DNA of 64,000 nt, taken from the NCBI GenBank assembly GCA_964035545.1, contig OZ037770.1, positions 11,986,463 to 12,050,462 of the forward strand, read 5' to 3'. The translations under genes were made by a program, and so were the position numbers. Source of the DNA: Bugula neritina (Eukaryota; Animalia; Bryozoa). Below, piece by piece: positions 1-14,300 of this stretch. Below the pieces are notes generated by a model that worked only from the letters and a program-made list of their open reading frames with translations, ran no database searches and was not told the DNA's origin. Within the stretch, counting starts at the first letter, position 1. Each line of letters starts with the position of its first letter.

Positions 1-869
1 CTCTCAAGAGTATTTTAGATGCCAATTGTGCTTCTTTCCACTGACTATTGTACATTAACACCGAGATGCAGTGTTAAACTTGAAAGACATGGTCAAATCT
101 CAATACCACAACAAAATAATATAACTAACTAACACACAAAAACCTGCTCTTTGCCGTGACACCAAAGTTACCAAAATTTTTGGAGAATCGGTGCCAGCAA
201 CAAATTTTAAAAATATGTTTCCATTGATTTTATTATGTCTTAAAAAGTCCTAGTTTGATTAATACAGATAAAATTGACTCATAGTTAAATACAGCCACAG
301 AATTAAGTACAAAAATAAAGACAAGCAGGTAGCAAAGATTACGTCAGGCATTCATATTCTGGTTCTCCCGGGACATAACACAAAGTTCACTGCGTAATCC
401 ACTCATCTTAAACATAGCAAGTTAGAAAAGATAAAAATAGCACAGGAAAAGGTGGGGAAACAAAGTTTCCAGTTCACAAAGTCCAAACATATTATGCTGC
501 TATCATCATAATATGTTGAAACAACCAGATGGCAGAGTTTTGTTTCACATTAAAAACTTGTAAATAAAAGATGAAAATCTGAATAACAGTTTAAGGGGTA
601 GTGGAGAACTTGTGAAGATACTCAGTCTATTTAACCCAACGCCATGAGAAATTAAAATATTTTGACATCAACATATGAGTTACACACTTGGTGTCCCCTC
701 CTTAGTATATGGACCACTGCCACAGCGCCTTATATGTTTGGTGGTAGGAGAAAAGATCAGCCTTTCAAAAAGTGCGAAGACTGTCTCAAATATATCCGAA
801 TTTTCTATTGGTTTTGGAACAGCAAGAAATAAATAATTATGAGACATTGCATTACAATGAGAAGGGGTA

Positions 870-1062
870 AGCCATGGCCTATTGGATGGCATGACACATT
901 TGTGCTAAGTGGTGGGTTTGAATCCCGACAGAGTCACTGGTGGTGTCAAGAAGAGCGTCTGGCCAAGACTGTTCTTTGGAAATCATCAATGTTGCCAGCA
1001 TATTGAAAAGCCGGCTTAAAACATTTGTAACATCAGTTTCTCAGAGGGATGGCGATTTTAAA
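870..1062 (+). mobile_element. Degenerate SINE copy, tail-to-tail with 1128-1340
   Basis: gccatggcctattgg, gggtttgaatccc, gtggtgtcaagaagagcgtc and ctcagagggatggcga match the family loosely. Confidence 0.55.
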
Positions 1063-1127
1063 ACAATGCTGAGTTAATGACTAGTAAAGAATGACTATGA
1101 TGACACATGCATGTACAGTGGATATAT

Positions 1128-1340
1128 AAAACTCACACAAGTTTATAGTCACTATCTCTGTGAGAACCCCTGATGGAAAGGGCTTTTTAAAGCAGGCTAA
1201 GGACTTACTCAGATGGGGCACAGGAGAAATTATGACTGGATGCTCTTTCTAAAATCAACAATGGCCTTTACTGGGAATGGAACCCATGACCTCGTGTTTA
1301 CTAAGCCCAACAGTCTAATTTTTAGACAAAGGCTGCTTCC
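1128..1340 (-). mobile_element. tRNA-derived SINE copy
   Basis: Reverse complement of the 12001-12215 family (aaaactcacacaagtttatagtcac...ggctgcttcc). Confidence 0.85.
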
Positions 1341-2324
1341 TGTACTGTAGATGTGTAGTTAGTAGAGGGTCACACAAACATTTTGTAAACCAGGTCAAAG
1401 TAGGTTGAACTAGCCACTTGTAATGTAATAATTGATCTGCATTAATTAGAATCAATACAATTGAGTGTAGCCCAAGTAACAGTAATCAAATAATCTAACT
1501 AACAGGTGAAGAACAAGATAACATCATACTTAATATTCCTGTCAGATTCATATTACTAAAGTTTATCTGCAGCACAATATGGTGTTCAAATGTAAAGATA
1601 ATAAGGGCAGGTGCAGGATTGAAAAAAAATGAAGGCCTGTGTTCTAATCATAAATTACCAATAGTTATACCCCACAAAACCCAGAAGAGGAAAGCTAAGC
1701 ACTGAGGCTACCAATAACTGACCTCATGCTACACTGTAGACTGCTAAATGTAAGAGTTCAAGCAATGCTAATGACACTATCTTTTGCTGATATGGGTTTG
1801 AATTATACAACTCAGAGTAATACACTTGTATTCAGGATATCATTACGTCACTGCCAGATCAGTGGCACAACTATGTTTCCTTTAGACTAACAGCAGTCGG
1901 GGAACATAATATGTTGAACTGAGAAATAAAAAATTTAAAGCTTGCCCAACATCTCTAAATAACATCCACATATAATTTAATTTATGTGGTGCATAAAAAT
2001 TTCACGTGACTTTTCAAAATAACTAACAAGTATTTCAAAAACCCAAACGTACTGGTCTGAAGAGTGACAATTTTACTGCAGTATGACATTAGGAATAGGA
2101 ACAATAGCTACGAAACACTAAGTAAAAAGAATAGAGAAAAAGAAGAGAAATTAATGGCTAAATAAATTAGTATTGGAGCCTATTTTCACTGTTTCTAAGT
2201 CAGAGTTATCAACACCCCAGTTTGAGTTGTTGACATCCCAGTCTGAGTTGTTGACACCCCAGGTCAAATTTATTAAAACTAGCTATCAAAAACCTTGTAC
2301 TTTATTAGAATTAACAGAACTCAC

Positions 2325-5300
2325 CGGATTTTCACAAGTTACTGGAGTAACGCTGGCTGCTGCTCCATTGTCTAACTTTTTCTACAATATAGAGCAGTTG
2401 AATCACCTGCATGGCATGTCACTTGTCACGTTATAAAGTGACATTATGACATTCTATGCAGGTGCACTAGCAAGGGGGTGACACTAACATTTAAAACACA
2501 TTCACCATCGGTCAAAAATAGTTACTATTGTGCACACAAGAAAATGTTTAAGCTAAACCTTCACGGTGTAGGTTAAAATGGTTCATCCCAGTTAGACGCT
2601 AGGCCCCAAACATAACATAGAATACATATATTGTACCAAAATGAATACATGGCCATGTGGGAAGCGTCTAACTTATATTTACAGGTTAGATGTTGGGAAG
2701 AATTGGCTAAACTATGAATTCATCATCCAACCTTTTTAGCCGGACTGTCTGTTGAGCTGCTGCTGCCGTTACTACTGAGTCGTTTCCCTGCTGACTTTGA
2801 AGGAGAGGATTTCCCTGGTGAGTCAGTGGATGACGCAGCGGATTTCCCTACCAGTTTGAATGTAGACGTCTCTTTAGACTTCTCAAACAGCAGCTAAAAT
2901 ACAGCATGTGACGTGGGAATTAAATACCCTAATACATGACAGAGTAAGAAGTTTGGAGTTATGGGCACACGGTGTAATCCTGCAGGACATGAAAATGGTG
3001 AAACATGAACCAAATATAATCCATTTAGACACACCATTGACAGGATTGGTCGAATGGTTGGTGTTTATGTTATAAAACAATTAAAAAGTTCTTTAACGTT
3101 GTGTAGCCAAAAAGGAGAACTAATATGCCTTCAAACAGATGGAGTTCCATTGTAAAATATGCCTACACATTGTCCCTGGTAATAATCAGTTCTTGGGTGT
3201 TATTGTCCATCACTGGTGAAAGCAAGTACCGGCAGATTGAAACAAACTCAGTAAATAATTAGTTCATTATAACCTAAAAGCTGATTCTGTGTTGACGAGA
3301 GAAAATCTTGGCGTAAAATTTCTAAAACAGCAAAATATCCCAAAATTTTCAACAAAAAGTGATCAGACACGTTTTTGCTGACTTCACTATAATGCAAAAT
3401 ATATAGTATACCATAATATAAAAATTGAATACAGTGACTCAACACATATAATAAAATATACTATAATATAACATGCAACAGATACGTGATATGACTTCAA
3501 TATATATATAGACCAACAAATTTCGAGGCAGGTGCAGTAAGTGTAGGGCCACACGGAGCATATTTTCGCAGACGACAATTAGAAAAGGTGTCCACTGTAC
3601 GCGAATTTCATGCATTGAGATTGCCAAACGAGTGTGAATATTTTCTGTCGTCGGTACTTAATTGGCTGGCTTATTTAGCGAGCCCACTTTTCTTTAGTGC
3701 GCAAATTACACGTGTTGAGAATGCTGAATGACTCAGCATTCTCAACGCGTGTAATTAGTGTACAGTGGACACCTTCTACTTGTGGTGCAAATTTTAGTCT
3801 GCGAAAATATGCCCTACGCTAACAGAGAAATTGAAAAGAGTTTGTGTTTGAGACTAAAAAGAATATGTTCTCGCGAGACCTTCAGCCTGTGTCCCAAACC
3901 GAAAGTTTTGAAAATTGAAGAAGCTAAGAAAATTTTTTTACCTGAGTCTAAAAATACAATCCCTAGAAGGAAATGAATAAATAGGTCACATGAGGTTACC
4001 AACATCCAGGTCAGGTAATAACCTTTAATTAATCCTGACCTATAAATATCCACTTTGGGAAACCAACATAAGCACCTGCCACAACCTGTCGCCATAAGTA
4101 TTTCAAAGGAAACCAAAGTTCAAAGTGAGATGAACCTACAACTGACCTTGAGACGTGGAAGGTCAGTGGCTGTCTTCCAGTCTTTGTCGTCTCTGATCTT
4201 AGTCACCCTGGGGAACCTGATGGAGATGCCATCAGCTGTGTGTATGTCAGACTTAGTGAACTCAGCACCTGTGATCTCCCACACCTGCGAGTCCTAAAAC
4301 ATGCCAGCCCACATGTCACGTAAACATGCCATCTACTTCCAGCTCAAACCACCTGTGCTAGGGTGTCAACTGATCAGTATGAACTGCATAATATAAATTC
4401 GAAAAAATGCTTTTCAACAAGAGAGGCTGATGTGGTAATATCAGTGTCACTAAATAAAGTCGTAAAACCTGCAAGGGTTTTACCTGCTTCAATCTTTTCA
4501 TAAAGCTAGTTGAATAATATCATAATCGTATGCCATTTAAAAACCCGCTAAGATTACAAAAAAATAAGATACTAAGAACGACAAAATAATTATATTTTAT
4601 AGAATTAAGTCTCAGTATCGGTTAGCCAAATTACAAGAATTAGAAGATGTTTGAAAAAACTCAAATTTCGCATGAAGCAACAAAACTACTTTAGAAAAAT
4701 ATGCCAATGGTTATCTAAAACATGCATTCATTTACATGTTCAAAAAACTTTATCCTAAATGAACTATAACTTTTAAAGTAATCTTCAAACATTAGTTTGT
4801 AAAGCATTAAGCCCCAGTATTTAAAGGGAATTACTATTTATATATAGGTACTGTCGCCTTTCTCCTACATGCATAAAATTAGCCTGCATTAGTCTATATC
4901 TAACAAGCACCTTGGGATCTGTTGTTATGAAATCAGGAGTTACTGTCCCTTTGTGTATCATCAGCCAGTCTGGAATCTTGCTGGAATCCTAAAATAGTAG
5001 CCAAAACAATTGAAACCTAAATAACATCACTGGGAGAAGTAATACATCGAAGTAGACTATTTATAGATCAGATATAACACCACTATAGTTGAACACACCC
5101 TACATATATAAACACACGCACACACATATGCTCAATAGAATGAAATCTAACAAACAAAACCCTTGTTTGCACCATACAAGAGCTCATTTTTGTAAACACA
5201 TTTAGTCCTACAAGCTGTGACGCTTGGATTCTAATTTTACAAAAGAGACAAACACAAATGCCCTTATTTAACACCTTATAGCATATTTTATGTAATTCTA

Positions 5301-8300
5301 GAAATGGCACAATACTATTAATGTCACTATAAACACAGTTGCATTATCTATATCCGAGACACACAGGCATACTTTACTGATCTTTGTCATTTTCAGTTCC
5401 GTCTGCAGACGTTTGAGCGTTTCGTCATCGTGACCCCCGCTGACCTTGGTTATGGTGCACCACCGTTTGGCAGCGGGGTTATAACAGCCCATGAGAAACA
5501 CCGACATCATTCCCCCTGTGAAAAGTCACCGTGCTATACTTAGATACACAGCACAAAGCTTACACTAGTATTGGCCCACATCAACTGTGTTAAAGAATGC
5601 ATGCAAGTCAGAAACGTATTTTATAAACTGATGATAGTGAGTAAACTATCTCTTTTTGTGCAAGCCTTGCATTGTTACTTAAAATTCAGCCATCTAGAAA
5701 ATAACGTGTATCTGCCTTAAACCAAAAATACAGAACTTTCAACTGAAAGTAAATCCATAGACTAGAAGTTGATGAGGAAAGTCGGAGTTATTAATACAAG
5801 GAAAGACAACTCTATATAACTTGGCAAATAGCTGAAGATCAGACCAAATTTTAATTAATACAGCAAAATGCAAACTTTATAAAATGTTATCTACTTTTGC
5901 ATTGTCTAAACATGGAATAGGAAGAACACATTTTTGAAGCAAAAAATTACATCTCATTAATACATTCCATAAACAGTCTTTGCAACTTTCATGCAACTTT
6001 CAAGTAGAAACTCCTGGTAATCAAGTCAGTCTAAACACTGATACAGCCTACGCCAACTTCATATTTATATTTTTTGTCGGTTTTTTTGTCTCACTACTTT
6101 TAGACAGCTATTCCTTTACATTTGCTCTTAAAAAGACAACAAGTCCGAAAACCACTTAGAAGTAGAATACAACATGTCTTCTGCACGTACCTTTATTTCC
6201 TGTCCCATAATACCCTCCGAGCACTACGAGGTCGGCTGTGTCGGCCATGGCGCCATCTGCGAGGTAGTCTTTCTTAATCTTCAACCAGTGTCTCTTGCCA
6301 GGCTCGTAAATTGTCTAAATATACAACAGAAGTAGAGTGCTCCCTCCATATATCACTAAGCCACAGTGTTTCCTCCGTATCTCACTAAGCTGCAGTGTTT
6401 TCTCCGTATTTCATGAACCCCTTTCTCACATACTTTCATAGATCACGATAAGGGCTTGGAGCCCCATTTTGTGGTCTACGTAAGTGTGTATAGGGACAAA
6501 ATGGCCAAATTTAACGGATCCGTGAGTTAAATCTGGTATTCTACTATGTCACGAATTAAGGTTTCGGGACTTGTAGCTTTGAGATACGAAGGGAGCACTT
6601 TATCATGCTGGAATGCTTACATACAATAATGGAGAGAATCGGCTATCATGTGAAAATAATGCTTGTTTGAGATACTCTACTTCACCATACTCATTAACTC
6701 TTTCAACACATTTTATTGATAAGAGAACTACATTTCTTCTGACTTCTGAACTATCCATGATACACGTCGTATGAATTGACTGTTGCATATGTTTGCAAGC
6801 TTAAATGTTATTGGTAGACTTATATTACTTACATTTATAAAGCTCTTATGTTACACTCGCATTACATTTAGAGTAGACTTATATTACACTTATATTACTA
6901 TTATATAATATTTATATTACTATTATATAATACTTATATTACTATTATATAATACTTATATTACTATTATATTATACTTATATTACTATTATATAATACT
7001 TATATTACTATTATATAATACTTATATTACTATTATATTATACTTATATTACTATTATATAATACTTATATTACTATTATATTATACTTATATTACTATT
7101 ATATAATACTTATATTACTATTATATTATACTTATATTACTATTATATAATACTTATATAACTATTATATAATACTTATATTACTATTATATAATACTTA
7201 TATTACTATTATATAATACTTATATTACTATTATATAATACTTATATTACTATTATATTATATTACTATTATATTATATTATACTTCTATCATACTTATA
7301 TTATATTACTATTATATTATACTTATATTACACTTACATTCAATCCTTTGACAACCAAACCCTCCAGCCCTTCTTTAAATACCTTCTCCAACAAAACATT
7401 CAGCTGGTCAGGTGACTACAATGACATAACGCTACAAATATTCTAGCTGCCATCGGCAAATACTTGTAAACAGATGAAAGTTTGACAATTTATCTTATTC
7501 AAAGTTGTATCATTTCTTAATAAAACTGTAATCATTTACCATCACCTATCCTTATAAGGTTACATAATATAGGTTAATGGAATTGCTCAGCACTCAGTAA
7601 TATTGAACAGAGATATTTATGCATTTCAATTATCGATGTGCTATCAACTTTATTATTTGTTATAAACTTTAACAATTTATAGACATGTATTGGAAGCTGA
7701 TAAATTCGAGAGCAAAAACCCAAAACAGTACTACTACTAGAAGCAATAGATTAGTAATAGGAGCAATCAAGAGTTGAGCTTCAGAACAAAAAAACTAATT
7801 TAGTGCACTGTTTATAAGCCAATTATTTGATAAACACTACATTACAGCCCTTACAATACATACAAACACTAAGCCTAGGGCCACACTGTGCAGATTTTCG
7901 CATGCGAAAATTGAAACCACAAGTAGCAAAGGTGTCCACTGTAGCGTCAGTGATGCGTGATAAATAAAGCTGTCAGTTTTAAATCGCACTCGCTTTCAAT
8001 AAAACGCAATTTACTGGAATGTGGCACTAAAATAAAGAAATTGGGCTCGCTGAATAACTACCAGCCAATTAGGTGACGACGACAGAGACGATTCGCACTT
8101 GCGTTGAAAATGCTGAGCGACAAGTGCGAATGTTTTCTCAACGCGCACAGTGGACACCTTTGCTACTCGTGGTTTAAATGTTCGCATGCGAAAATACGCA
8201 CAGTGTGGCCCTAGGCTAACTAACAGTCATATTATGGTAATTAAAGTTACGAGAAGATAACTCTAAACAGATTCACAAGAGCACAGTATACCTTGATATT

Positions 8301-11300
8301 GTGCTGCTCAGAGAACATGACTCTGTTAGGAATCTCCTTCATAACTCTCTGTAAGAACTTTTTCCTCTCTTTAATGGGTCTAACGAAATAGATGACTTAA
8401 TGACTATTACATTAGTATAAATAAAGAGGCATTACAAACTTAAACAACTTATGTCATATATTTTATATGTAAGGCAAGGTGATATGATACGGAAACACTA
8501 CAGCAGACAAGCCATGAACTAACTGTTCATGACATAGCATCAGCTCTAGCAAATGCTTTGTATATATGGTGAGCTTTCAGCTTCCCCCTTCCCCCCCAAA
8601 AAAGAATAAAATAACTGTTTCAAAATTTAATAAAAATCATAAGCTTAAAAATCTATGCCAGACAAATTTATAGAAAAAAAAAATATTTGCACTTAAAACA
8701 CAGGTGTTCTAGTCAGGTCTTCCATTTTCATACGGGAAATAATTTCCACTTGTACATATACAAGCATGAAACTGCTAGGAGTGGTAAAGGAAAGATAACT
8801 CCAACTCACTTCTCCATCAGATTCTCATTATTGTAGTAGAGACAGTCAAACACATACAAACATACTTTGGCATCGCTGAATGCTGCTTTCTAAAAGAACA
8901 TCAGCTACATAAGTCAACATAAAATAGAATTATTCAGCTTATTACAATTAGACGCTGACAATCGCTAGCATTTTGCTTTAAAAATTTACAGATTTCAACT
9001 CAGATTGCCACTGACAAAATTTAACTTTTGCATAACAGCTTACAATAAATACTGTTTAGTCATTTTTCTCTATCGCCTCGGAAATATTTGTCTCGTGGTT
9101 TGAACTGTTTACTAACAGTAAAAAAATAAAATAGAAAATAGTTTAAAATCAATTCATTAAATTTTTATATCTCTAATGAAGGTTGACAAATGAATTTGAA
9201 TAATTCCAGGTATTGACAGTTACACTGAAACAATAGGCTGACACAATGTGATAATGCACATACTGACACATATACTGACACTTATACCGACACATATAAT
9301 GATGCATATACTGACACATATACTGATACATATATTGACACATATACTAATACATATGCTGATACATACACTGACACATATACTGACACAATACACTGAT
9401 ACAATACACTGATGCACATACTGACACATATACTGACACAACATGCTGATACATATGTTGACACAATGTTTTCATACCTTGTGTACACCGAGAGTTCCAA
9501 AGGGTAGAGGATTACCAGTTTTTGTGTCAACCAATAGAACCTCAGCATCTAGAATCAAGTTGTCTCCTCCTGGAAAGGCGGACGGAATGTAGTCTTTGAA
9601 GTGGGAGACCTGAAAGAGTGATAATACACACAGTATAATGTAGAGAAACAGTTCCTTTCCGATCAATGAGCACTGTCGAGAACAGCAAGTGAGATTTAGG
9701 GGAAAAATAACAAAATAGCACAGATAAACTATTGGCAAGTAAATTTGACTAGCTTTGCTCCCACTGACAACGTATTGTGTGGCAGGTAGCTCCCACTATG
9801 GATTTTCACACTGACAAGTTTTGCAGGCAAAATTCTGAACTCCACTCAATTTAGCGTTAGATAAATGGTTTCCCATGCGCACTTTTTGCCCAATTCGGTC
9901 ATGGCCTTATTGTTACTAATAAGCAACAGCGACAGCAAACTAAGGCGATAATGACTAAATAATGATAACTCAGACTACAATAATGGCGACTCAGACTAGA
10001 ATAATGGCGACTCAGACTAGAATAATGGTAACTCAGACTACACACCTTGTGAGGCAGAACTGGCTTGAGACTTCGACTGAAATACTGAAACTCTGACCCT
10101 TTCTTGTGGAGTTGTACTCTCTCTCCGTCATACTTTATCTCTGCATACATCCCCTCAGGACACTAAACATTACACAACTTAGACATCAGTTGTATATCAT
10201 TACTATAATTATGGGAGATGCTGATGTGCCAAGTTTCTATCAAAACATATAATAACTGAAATCAGAAACAAATTTCATTAGCACTCAATAAAAAAAGTTT
10301 TGACTGAATTGATGTCTCAACCTGGCTGTTGCAAGCCTTTCTCAGAGTTTAGAATTTAATTTACATCATAAAATAAATTAGAGTGAGATTTTAATATTTT
10401 CTCTGGAAATGATATCATTTAACCTTAAACCCTGCAGCCAGATGATATAAGATAAAATAATTGCACATTGAGACAAATGATCAAAAACATTAGTCACAAT
10501 ATTTCTAAGTTTTAGTTTCAAACACCGAGACAGCACTGTATTTGTATGTTGGGTGAACAAACAAATTACCAAGTTATAAAAAATATAAGTAAAAATAGAT
10601 CCAAGTTTTAGTTTGAAATACCTGTATACTGCATGTAAGATCAGAGGCAAATAATTTGTTAGCTAAATAATTCCAGACCTAACTGATAAACATGTTTCTA
10701 TATACAATATACTAAAAAACAGAACTGATGGAAGTCTACTCGGAACAGGAAACACTATACCTTTCTCATCGCCATCTGTACAGATTTACAAGCCTCAGCC
10801 AACATGGGCAGTACGGGAGTCATGAGCTGAGCCCTCACCTCCAACTTGCCAGCATCACCTGTGCGGTGTGCCAGAACTCGGTCTACGACGTCGCGCAAAT
10901 CCCGACTAGCTTGAAACGCCTCGTAGGCATTGGAGTCCAGCCCTTGCAGACTAAAATCAAGTCATATAACAGATCCCTGCAGTGGTGTAGGAAAAAGAGA
11001 CAGTATGAATTACTGACATAAAAGTAAGACATTATAATTTTCTTTCCAGTACAAGGAGTGTGAAAATTTCAAGCTCAACCTGAAAGTACATCATCCTAAA
11101 AACTTGCAGTAGTAGATGCAACAGAGAAAGAAAACAGCTGTAGGAAAATTTGAATATATGTTTATGTTTATTCAGAGGTGGACTAAAAAAAGTCGGTAGG
11201 GTAATTGATTCAAGATTTGTCGGCCCCTGGCCGTGCTGTAGGTTGTACTCAGCACTAGGAATAAGCTCTACTATGCAGGCGGGCATGATGTAAGACTGAA

Positions 11301-14300
11301 TGATGTTCCCTGAGCTAAACACCACTGTGGTGCAAGGCAATAGTAAACCTACTCGGTATTTTAAGTACCTTAAGATGTAGCAACATGTCAGGTATAAAAC
11401 CAGAACTTGAGTGAAGATATAAAGTGATACAAAATTTGCGCCAGAATATCTAATTACAGAGAAAGAGAGCATATAGTCAAAAAGCTGAAGTTATTTTCAA
11501 ATTGGTTGATAGTAAAATAACACAAAGATACATAATAATATTCTTGTTTATGTTGAAGCACAACTAATAACCATTGACTAGCAAAATGACCATCTTTTTC
11601 CAATGCATAATTGGTATCCAACAGAAAGACGCAAAGGAAATGCACTGCACAGAGCTCTAAGTAGAGCAAACAGGTCTGGAAACAAAACTGATTTTCAAAC
11701 CCAGACTCCCTGAGACAAGCATTATGTGCTTCACCCGAAAATAACAGTGGTTAACGTAAAAGCTACTAAGTAAGTATTAAAATTGAAATGTTTCTCCACT
11801 TACATATGCTTTGCTCCAGCGTTTATTCGTAAGTCGTGCTTGATAAGCCTCACAAAGAATTTCAAATCGTTAGCCGTTGACCTAAAAGTTTTCAAAAATT
11901 TCATCAGCCGACATTTTTACACTAAATAAACTGTGTACAACACACCTTATTACCCTTTCATTTAGAAAAAAGATATTGTACCTGATTAGATTATTTTAAG
12001 GGAGCAGCCATGGTCTAGGGCTTAAAGCACTGGTTTAGTAAACACAAAGTAATGGGTTCGAACCCCAGCAAATGCCATTGGTGATGTTAGGAAGAGCATC
12101 CAGTTTTTATTTCTCCTGTGCTACATATGAACAAGTCTTTAGCCCGATTTACAAAAAAACCTTTCCATCAAGGCTTCTCACAGAGATAGTGATCATAAAC
12201 TTGCGTAAGATTTTTAATAAGTTATTTTAAAGATAATTTACATGTTTGAAGATAAATTTACAAGTTGGTGCCAAATTAAATAATGGAGGGCAGTTAATAT
12301 GATGTATTAGTATCACATGTTTTACATCACATTTGTTCATTACATCATTAGTTGTATTCAGAAACTAGGAGCTAGAGTGAGTAGTAGGTCATTAGCATAA
12401 TAATAAATAGTAATACAGCAATATTGAATATTATTCTATGTAGATAAAGTAGTGCATAATCAATCATACAGTAATAAAATTATTAAATATTATCCAATGC
12501 AGATAGAATAGTATTAAAGACTCTAACCTCTTAGCTACAGCTGTAAGCACGGCCTGCTGGTCATCCTCCTTGGTAACTTTGCTCATCTGCTCCAGGTATG
12601 CGTCAACTTCCTGTAAGCTAACCGAACTCTTCTTTTGGGGAACAAGTTTCTTGCTCTTCTCAAAGTAAACCTTTACCGTGTCGGCTACATCGCCCTGGTC
12701 CAGGTGATCGCTCATCTCAGTCAATGATGTCATAAATATCTATTGGAAATGTTTGAGAGCATGCATAAATAGAGCAACAAATGAAAAGTAAGCAAAATTC
12801 CACTGGTTGAAAGAGTTCGCACCAGATTGCACCGAGAATACATTCAGTTTATTTTTCAGTTTATTCATCATTACAAAGAGCATGCGAAGGAATTTCAAAG
12901 TTTTCTACCACTCAGCAGATTTTATACTGTTAAACAGTACTTTTTAGAGAATATCTGCCTTCTTAGGCAAGTCAGAAAGATGTTGCCAAAATACCGGGGT
13001 GGGTCAAGTTCCCACCATACGGAACATAGGAGTAAGTGAAGGCACAGAGCATTGACTGCCATAACCTGTCACTACTTGCTATCACCTGCAATACACTCGC
13101 TAGTCTACCTGCTACTTATTTGGTAACACATGCTAGTCCCATGCTATCATCTGCTATCACCTGCCATCACATGTTATTCACATACTAATCACCTGCCATC
13201 ACATGCTATTCACATGTTATTCACATACCAATCACCTGCTATCCCCTGCCATCTAGTTGATAAGACAGACTCACCTGACTGAACAGTTTGACGAGCTGCT
13301 TGCTGTTAATATTATAGACTCTCTTGACAAACCCTGGAAGCAAGAGTTTTATAGTGAGGTAAGTGTCTCCATTGAATTCTGTATTCCTGGAGCCTTTCTT
13401 CAGCCAATTAGATACTGCAACACATAGAAGGATTTATAAGAGGTGATCAACACTCACTTGCAACACACCTGCTGTCACCTGCCAATTAGATACTGCGACA
13501 CACATAGAAGAAGATAATAAACATTCAGTTTAAAAAAGCAAAAATATCAGCGTTTTTACATCATCAAAAAGCTCAAGAATTACTTCTTATATGAGACATA
13601 AATGTTTTAAGCATCTAAGAAATAATATAGTTCTCAATATAGGAAGACAAGAAATGTACAAAAATTTATTCTTCAAGCACAGGATGTGTTCAAATAACAC
13701 AACCCCCCTTTCCTATAACAGACTTTGAATATTTGTCTTCAATTTGGTAAGATTTTCAAATTATATCAATTGTGTTGGATGACTAAAATTCTTACACAAA
13801 TATTATTAGCAGCAAACAACTCAGTTCCGTTAGCATGGAAATATATTATTTGAGAAAATATTTCAAAATTTATAAAAAAAGTCTTATCTAAACTTGCATG
13901 TTCAATCGAATAGTCTGAGAATCGCCATGGGTGCTAGAAACGACTGAAGAGAATTCAGATTCAACTTTTACAAGAAAAAAGACTTCAACAACCCCAGATA
14001 ATAATGATGTATACTACATCTCACAGACCAAAAACTTGCATTAATTAACTCAGTTAATAAAGAAATATAATATATAATGGGGGAGAGTGTGTCTCTAAAA
14101 GGTTTGTGAAGTATCGTGCTAAACAGACATATTGAAGAATTGAAAAATATACTCAATTCAAGTTTTCAATGGTCACATTTCAAATTGATATTTTTACCAA
14201 TAAGACAAGAGGATACGTTTACCATTATAATGAGAGAGGATAACTCTAATTATATATTGAGAGAAAATAACTATCAATAGAATAAGAAAGAGGGAGCACC

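Noticed and set aside
680-892. 70-aa minus ORF as the LIG3 terminal exon
   Set aside because: No BRCT pattern, and the nearby acceptor puts this frame in phase 1 whereas phase 0 is required.
6444-6606. Possible small MITE (cacgataa...ttatcatg)
   Set aside because: Inverted match is short and imperfect, with no TSD and no second copy in the window.
6878-7330. Regular repeat arrays (also 43380-43578) as possible CRISPR
   Set aside because: Head-to-tail repeats without unique spacers, in a eukaryotic context with no cas genes.
11875-11912. CTGATGA...GAAA...GTC on the minus strand resembling a hammerhead
   Set aside because: Stems I and III cannot form; it is simply the LIG3 acceptor region.
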